A DNA stretch of 64,000 nt from positions 5,099-69,098 of the forward strand of contig CAZSTS010000011.1 of the NCBI GenBank assembly GCA_964609965.1, read 5' to 3'. This DNA comes from an uncultured Nitrospirales bacterium. Its GTDB lineage: Bacteria; UBA10199; JADGCS01. Under the pieces are notes generated by a model. The model made no database searches, had not been told where the DNA came from, and was given only the letters and a program-made list of their open reading frames with translations. Position 1 is the first letter of the stretch, and every line of letters starts with the position of its first letter. Positions 58,374 to 64,000 of this stretch are shown piece by piece. Both the position numbers and the translations under genes were made by a program.

Positions 58374-60101
58374 ATGAAAACCTCAATTACATTAGATCTC
58401 AGAAAAACGGGGCAGAAATACCTCAACATTACTTATCACATCTCTGATCTTACGGACAAAAACCTTGTTCTTAACTTTCCTTCTTGGGCACCAGGAAGCT
58501 ATCTCTTAAGAGAATACCAGGGCCATGTCGAAGATATTGCTATGCGTGACTCTCAAGGCCGTATCGTTAAACACGAAAAACTCAACAAGAACCAATGGAA
58601 GTTTCAAAACATCAAGACAAAAAGCGTCACCCTCACTTACCGCCTGTATGCCAATGATTTAAGTGTGCGGGGAGCTTACGCTGATCACGAACTTGTGTGT
58701 GTCACACCTTGCACTGCATTTTTTTATCCCGACAAAAAACAAGGCCTTAACTTAAGTCTTAAGATTCAGCTGCCTTCAGGGTGGAAGCTTGCCCTAGCAA
58801 AAAAAACCACAAAGGAAATCTATTCATTCAAAAGCTTTGATGATTTTTTTGACACCCCTCTTCTTGCTGCAAAAGATCTCATCATCAAACAATTCAAAAC
58901 GCAAAACACAAACTACAAGATGGCCTTTTGGGGAACTTGTTTTACTGACATCAATAAGATTGTAGAAGATGTGAAAAAAGCTGTTGCAAAACAAAACAGC
59001 CTTTTCAGAGAAAACCCCTGCAAAGAATATCTTTTTCAAGTTATTTTTACTTCAAATGTCAAAGCAGGTGTTTCTGGTGGGGCTGGCGGATTAGAGCACC
59101 GCCTGTGTTCTCTTAATATTTTTGATGGTTCCTCGCTTGACTCTGACAAACAATACAAAAAACTCTTGGCATTGCTTTCACACGAACACTTTCACCTCTG
59201 GAATGTTAAGCGCATCAAACCTCGTATCTTTGATAAATACGATTACACTAAAGAAATGTATACAAAAGACCTTTGGATGGTTGAGGGCATCACGAGCTAT
59301 TATGATGACCACAGCTTGTTCAGGGCAGGCATTTATACAAAAGAAGATTATCTCGCTGTCATTTCTGATTTTATCACAAAACTCGAAGTCAACAAGGCTG
59401 CCAAAGTAAATACGATGTCTGAATCAAGCTTTGATGCCTGGACGAGGTGGTACAGACCAAATGAAAACACTTTTAACAGAACTGTGAGTTATTACCTTAA
59501 AGGCGGTTTGGTGATGATGCTCTTGGACCTAAAAATCATCAATCACACAAAGGGCAAACAAACACTCGATGATGTGATGAGAGCCCTTTACAAATTCTAC
59601 AAAAAACGCCCAAAACTCGGCATCACACGCAAAGAGTTTTTTGAAACTGTTGAAAAAATCACAGGGTTTTCAACAAAGAACTTTGTTGCTAATTACCTAG
59701 ACAACACGACCAAAATCCATTGGAAAAAAGAGCTAGAACCTTTTGGCATCAAAATCTCACTCAAGCGCGAAGCCGACCAAGGCTATCTGGGAATCACGCT
59801 CAAACAAAGAGCTGACAGGGTTTATATCCAGCACGTTGCCGAAGACAGCCCCGCCTATTTTTCAAACCTCCAGGCCGAAGATGAGGTCATTGCCCTCAAC
59901 AAAGAATGCCTGACCAATACGGAACAATTCGAATATTTCTTAACAAAAAAGACCTTGAACGTTATCTATAATCGTCGCGGAAGGATTTATGAAACAGAAG
60001 TGAAATTGGCCGACAAATCAAATCCTGCACATATCTTAGAGATTAAAGATAAAATGACAGCTAAGCAGAAGCGGTATTTAGCTAAATTTCTTAGAAAATA
60101 A
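58374..60101 (+). CDS. M61 family glycyl aminopeptidase with PDZ domain
   Basis: P.W.PGSY, GGLEH, HEHFHLWNVKRIKP, EG.TSYY, SYY.KG, C-terminal DSPA PDZ motif. Confidence 0.93.
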   Translation: MKTSITLDLRKTGQKYLNITYHISDLTDKNLVLNFPSWAPGSYLLREYQGHVEDIAMRDSQGRIVKHEKLNKNQWKFQNIKTKSVTLTYRLYANDLSVRGAYADHELVCVTPCTAFFYPDKKQGLNLSLKIQLPSGWKLALAKKTTKEIYSFKSFDDFFDTPLLAAKDLIIKQFKTQNTNYKMAFWGTCFTDINKIVEDVKKAVAKQNSLFRENPCKEYLFQVIFTSNVKAGVSGGAGGLEHRLCSLNIFDGSSLDSDKQYKKLLALLSHEHFHLWNVKRIKPRIFDKYDYTKEMYTKDLWMVEGITSYYDDHSLFRAGIYTKEDYLAVISDFITKLEVNKAAKVNTMSESSFDAWTRWYRPNENTFNRTVSYYLKGGLVMMLLDLKIINHTKGKQTLDDVMRALYKFYKKRPKLGITRKEFFETVEKITGFSTKNFVANYLDNTTKIHWKKELEPFGIKISLKREADQGYLGITLKQRADRVYIQHVAEDSPAYFSNLQAEDEVIALNKECLTNTEQFEYFLTKKTLNVIYNRRGRIYETEVKLADKSNPAHILEIKDKMTAKQKRYLAKFLRK

Positions 60102-60119
60102 CACACCTATTATAAATTC

Positions 60120-60262
60120 TATCGCCTATCGTTTGCCCTGAGTATAGTCGAAGGGCCTATCGATTATCGTCTATCGTATCTTCGCATCCTCGTTTTTTCG
60201 TTCCTAGTATCCAGCATCTAGCATCCGGAATCCAGCAATCTGTATCTTGTAACCTGAGACCC
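60120..60262. repeat. Composite heptamer array with an embedded REP-like palindrome
   Basis: TATCGCC/TATCGTT/TATCGAT/TATCGTC units; GCCCTGAGTATAGTCGAAGGGC at 60135-60156; ATCCAGC ATCTAGC ATCCGGA ATCCAGC. Confidence 0.75.
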
Positions 60263-60271
60263 TCTCCCCAA

Positions 60272-61558
60272 TCATCCCCTTTCCGAAAAAGGCACGTAAT
60301 GTCTTTCGGTCTCACCAGTGTAAATCTGACGTGGACGGGCAATACGGCGTGTTTCGTCGAGCAGCATTTCTTTATAATTTGCCAACCAACCTGGTACACG
60401 ACCAATACTAAAAAGAACCGTAAACATTTGATCGTTAAAGCCCATAGCACTGTAAAGAATGCCTGAATAAAAATCCACGTTAGGATAAAGTTTGCGTTCT
60501 ACGAAGAAATCGTCATTAAGTGCCGCTTCTTCTAATTCTTTAGCAATATCCAATCTTGGATCTTTGATATGTTGTTTTTGTAAAAAGCTATCGCAGGCTT
60601 TTTTCAAAATAATAGCTCGAGGATCAAAGTTTTTATAAACTCTGTGTCCAAAACCCATGAGTTTAAAGTCATTATTCTTGTCCTTGGCTGCTGCCAAAAC
60701 ATCTTTTACAGATTTGCCTGAGTGAAGAATTTCTTCGAGCATCTTCATCACAGCCTGGTTAGCACCTCCATGCAAAGGACCCCACAAAGCACTGATCCCT
60801 GAAGAAATAGCTGTAAACACGTTTGCGTGTGATGAACCCACAAGCCTAACCGCAGAAGTTGAGCAGGCTTGTTCATGGTCAGCGTGCAGAATAAAAAGCA
60901 TATTGAGAAGCTTTACCATTTCGGCGTCTATTTCGTAAGGCTCTGTAGGCAAAGAAAATGCCATATTCAAAAAATTCGCACAGTAATCTAAGTCGTTACG
61001 TGGATAAATGATAGGCATACCATTGTATCGACGGAAAGCCACGGCTGCGATAGTCGTGATCTTTGCAATCAATCGAGCGTAATTTTCTTCATTGAGACCA
61101 GGGTCCACGCCAAGATGGTCTGAATAAAAAGCAGACAATGTACAAACCATTGAAGAAAGAAGTGCCATGGGATGTGCATTATAAGGAAAGTTTGGAAACA
61201 AACGCCTCATGCCTTCGTGAATAAGCGTGTGTCGCCTAATACGATTTTCAAAAGCATCTAATTGATCTCTTGTTGGCAGGTCACCATACATGAGAAGATA
61301 AGAAACCTCGATAAAAGAAGCCTTTTCTGCAAGTTCCTGAATAGGGTACCCACGATATCTCAAAATACCTTTTTCACCATCTAAATAGGTAATTGATGAT
61401 TTGCACGGCCCTGTATTTGCACAACCTGCATCTAGTGTAATAAAACCTGTTTCGGCTCTTAGCTTTGATATATCTATGCCTTTATCTGTTTCTGTGCCTC
61501 TTACAACAGGGAATTCATATTCTTTATCTTCAAGAGTAATTTTAGCTCTTTCAGTCAT
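60272..61558 (-). CDS. gltA: Citrate synthase (type II-like)
   Basis: DG.KG.LRYRGY, HADHEQ, LWGPLHGGAN, GFGHRVYK.FDPR, YPNVDFYSG; start ATG 61558 with GAGG. Confidence 0.97.
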   Translation of the reverse strand: MTERAKITLEDKEYEFPVVRGTETDKGIDISKLRAETGFITLDAGCANTGPCKSSITYLDGEKGILRYRGYPIQELAEKASFIEVSYLLMYGDLPTRDQLDAFENRIRRHTLIHEGMRRLFPNFPYNAHPMALLSSMVCTLSAFYSDHLGVDPGLNEENYARLIAKITTIAAVAFRRYNGMPIIYPRNDLDYCANFLNMAFSLPTEPYEIDAEMVKLLNMLFILHADHEQACSTSAVRLVGSSHANVFTAISSGISALWGPLHGGANQAVMKMLEEILHSGKSVKDVLAAAKDKNNDFKLMGFGHRVYKNFDPRAIILKKACDSFLQKQHIKDPRLDIAKELEEAALNDDFFVERKLYPNVDFYSGILYSAMGFNDQMFTVLFSIGRVPGWLANYKEMLLDETRRIARPRQIYTGETERHYVPFSERG

Positions 61559-61844
61559 ACATAACCTCATTTCTTATATTTAACCTATCCCATAAACATG
61601 ACATTTGTCACAAAAAAAAGTAAATTTACCAAGAAATCTTATTTAGATGCTTACTAATTGTCTATCACTATTTAGATAAAATGCCCATAACCTTATAAAA
61701 TCATTGTGCCCATTCAGTACACACACCCCCCTCTATCAAAGAAAGAAATAAGGATCAAAATATAATAATGAGCTCTTTTGTTACCCCTCGGCACCCAGCC
61801 CCCCAACCTTTGACTCCTCACACCAATAATGATATCAACCCCCT

Positions 61845-63158
61845 ATGAATATATCCCTACTACAAGAAGTTTTTTTGTCGCCTGGAGTTATTGTTCAAGA
61901 CAACACACAGCTCCTCTTAAGATTATTGGTTGCTGTGGCTATTGGCATGCTCCTTGGCCTTGAGCGCGAATACACTCATAAAGAAGACCAGGAACTCTTT
62001 GCAGGAATCAGAACATTTCCTATAGTTGCTGCATTTGGTTTTTTGGCCATATTTATAGCAAATCAATTTGCCCCCTGGATCTTTATTGCCAGCCTCTTTG
62101 GTCTCATGTCTTTTATTATTGTTTCGCATTACGTACGGGCAAAAAAAGGTGAGTATGGTGGCACCACAGACTTTACACTCATTATCTCATTTATATTAGG
62201 CGCTCTCGTTTACCTGGGCTTTTTACACATAGCCATCGCTGCTACTGTTTTGATCCTCATCTTACTCTCTCTCAAAATCAGAATTAAAAAACTCATGGGC
62301 AAAATCGACTACAATGACATTGCCTCATTAATAAAATTTTGTATCATTTCACTGATTATTCTTCCTTTGCTCCCAAACCAAACTTTTGGCCCTTACAATG
62401 TACTTAACCCGCACACGATTTGGTTCTTTGTTGTTCTGATAGCCTCTATTAATTTTATAGCTTATTTGTTCATGCGCTTTATTGGGGGCAACCGTGGCAT
62501 ACTGCTCACAGGTGTTGCTGGAGGGCTTTTATCCAGCACAGCTGTTTCGCTTTCTTTTTCTCAAAAAAGTCGCGACGACTCTCATCCTTATTCCCGTTAT
62601 TACGCTGTGGCCATTGTCCTTGCCTCATCCATTATGTTTTTGAGGGTTATTGCCATTACCTATATATTTAACACTGCTGTTGTTAAAGAACTCTACCTCC
62701 CTCTTGTTCTCATGACACTCGCGGGACTTGTGGCTAGTTTTTTGCTTATTAAAAGTCAGAAAAAGATAAAATCAAAACAAGACATGGAATTTAAAAACCC
62801 CCTTAACCTTGGTGGCGCCATCATGTTTGGTCTTGTCTTTGCCATCATCATGGTCTTGGTGAGTCTAGCCAAAGAATTCCTAGGAGACCGTGGGGTTTAT
62901 TTAGTGAGCGCCCTCTCAGGTTTGCACGATGTGGACGCTATCACAGTATCAGTGGCAAAGCTTGCTGAAACAAAATTGACAATCGATGTTGTTAAAAATG
63001 CCATCATCACCGGCGCCCTTGCCAACACCTTCGTTAAATTTCTCATTACACTTTTTGTAGGGGATAGAAAATTAAAGAAATATTCAGCCTATGGATTTGG
63101 TAGCATCTTTGCTATGGGCATTCTTTATTTAGTCATTACAAACTTTGTCGCTCTTTAA
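61845..63158 (+). CDS. MgtC/SapB-family membrane protein with a DUF4010-like domain
   Basis: G..LGLERE, AGIRTF, G.TT, GG..SSTA, NPL.L, GL.DVDA. Confidence 0.88.
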   Translation: MNISLLQEVFLSPGVIVQDNTQLLLRLLVAVAIGMLLGLEREYTHKEDQELFAGIRTFPIVAAFGFLAIFIANQFAPWIFIASLFGLMSFIIVSHYVRAKKGEYGGTTDFTLIISFILGALVYLGFLHIAIAATVLILILLSLKIRIKKLMGKIDYNDIASLIKFCIISLIILPLLPNQTFGPYNVLNPHTIWFFVVLIASINFIAYLFMRFIGGNRGILLTGVAGGLLSSTAVSLSFSQKSRDDSHPYSRYYAVAIVLASSIMFLRVIAITYIFNTAVVKELYLPLVLMTLAGLVASFLLIKSQKKIKSKQDMEFKNPLNLGGAIMFGLVFAIIMVLVSLAKEFLGDRGVYLVSALSGLHDVDAITVSVAKLAETKLTIDVVKNAIITGALANTFVKFLITLFVGDRKLKKYSAYGFGSIFAMGILYLVITNFVAL

Positions 63159-63997
63159 TGAATCGTTTTTGATGACGACTTCATAATCTCTTTCATTTCT
63201 TCGTCGGTGACCACCCATTCTTTGTGACAATAATCACATTTGGTCTTAACACCCTCTCCTTTGACAAAAATATCTGTCAAATCAGCTTCGGGTAAATACT
63301 TAAGCGCCTCTGTGATCCTTTCTTTTGAGCAAGAGCAGTATAGGACTGGTTTTGTGACGACTAATATACGAACCTTTTCAGGAAAAAGGCTTTGAATAAT
63401 TTGATCTGGATCTTCGGTGTTAGCAAAACTTTTATTGAAATACGCATCATTAAATTTTTGGGTTATTAAAAGCCATTCTTTCTCTGTGGCACCAGGCAAT
63501 CTATCAATCCAAAGAGAGTAGTTATTTTCAAAGTTCTTTGTATCAATATGGACAAACAACAATGATTCCGTTTGTTCGCTTTCTTTGAGATAAGAGCGAA
63601 ATGCATTTAATATTGTTGAGCCCTTAGTTTGAACAACACTTTGATAAACTTCTTGGCTCTTTTTTACGCGCACAACTTTTAGCTGTCCCTTTTGTAGAAT
63701 AGCTCTGTTATCAGCTTTACCAATAATAGCTGAGCGAAAGGTCCCTTTTGGTGAAACCTCAGCATTATAGCCTGCTTTGCCCGAAGCATCTCTTAATTTG
63801 AACAAGGTTGCCTCTTGTCCGCTGTACAGGCTCCCCATCAGCACGCTCAACATCAGAAAACCTGCAAAGTCATCTGACTGTTTTTCTTCTGGTTTATGTA
63901 ACTCAAGCGAGTCTTTTACTCCCTTTTGTAAAGAGAGAAAACGAACCGAAGCTTTTGTATTTATATCTGTGGCTATGATGAGATAGTCTTCTTTCAT
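63155..63997 (-). CDS. hslO: Hsp33 redox-regulated chaperone
   Basis: Y...SEQ motif; C-terminal CSC...CDYC zinc centre. Confidence 0.88.
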   Translation of the reverse strand: MKEDYLIIATDINTKASVRFLSLQKGVKDSLELHKPEEKQSDDFAGFLMLSVLMGSLYSGQEATLFKLRDASGKAGYNAEVSPKGTFRSAIIGKADNRAILQKGQLKVVRVKKSQEVYQSVVQTKGSTILNAFRSYLKESEQTESLLFVHIDTKNFENNYSLWIDRLPGATEKEWLLITQKFNDAYFNKSFANTEDPDQIIQSLFPEKVRILVVTKPVLYCSCSKERITEALKYLPEADLTDIFVKGEGVKTKCDYCHKEWVVTDEEMKEIMKSSSKTIH

Positions 63998-64000
63998 GGT

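Overview
AT-rich bacterial chromosome segment. By inference it comes from a deltaproteobacterium-like lineage related to Bdellovibrionota/Myxococcota (Bd0055-type histone, serine palmitoyltransferase, PilT/PilB pili). Housekeeping genes: carAB, ileS-valS, efp, greB, hisG, ftsY, rlpA, gltA, hslO. Other blocks: (i) a sphingolipid pair at the left edge (spt plus a ceramide-synthase-like GNAT missed by the ORF track); (ii) a ~12 kb operon of one orphan membrane-type protein and three large acidic lipoproteins, which shares a sigma28-like promoter (GMAACTTW-N11-YYCGATAW) with two other accessory genes; (iii) an MSHA-like type IV pilus cluster with duplicated pilins carrying a conserved leader hairpin, a DnaA-box cluster, and an apparent PilP/MshK-secretin fusion; (iv) a bacterial histone with an acidic N-terminal tail; (v) an arginine block (astB divergent from rocD-argF-arcE-like). 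Short 7-9 nt tandem arrays and REP-like palindromes occur at many gene boundaries and inside carA, carB, valS and ileS. No rRNA, tRNA, CRISPR array or transposase was seen. All family calls come from motif recognition by eye; no searches were run.
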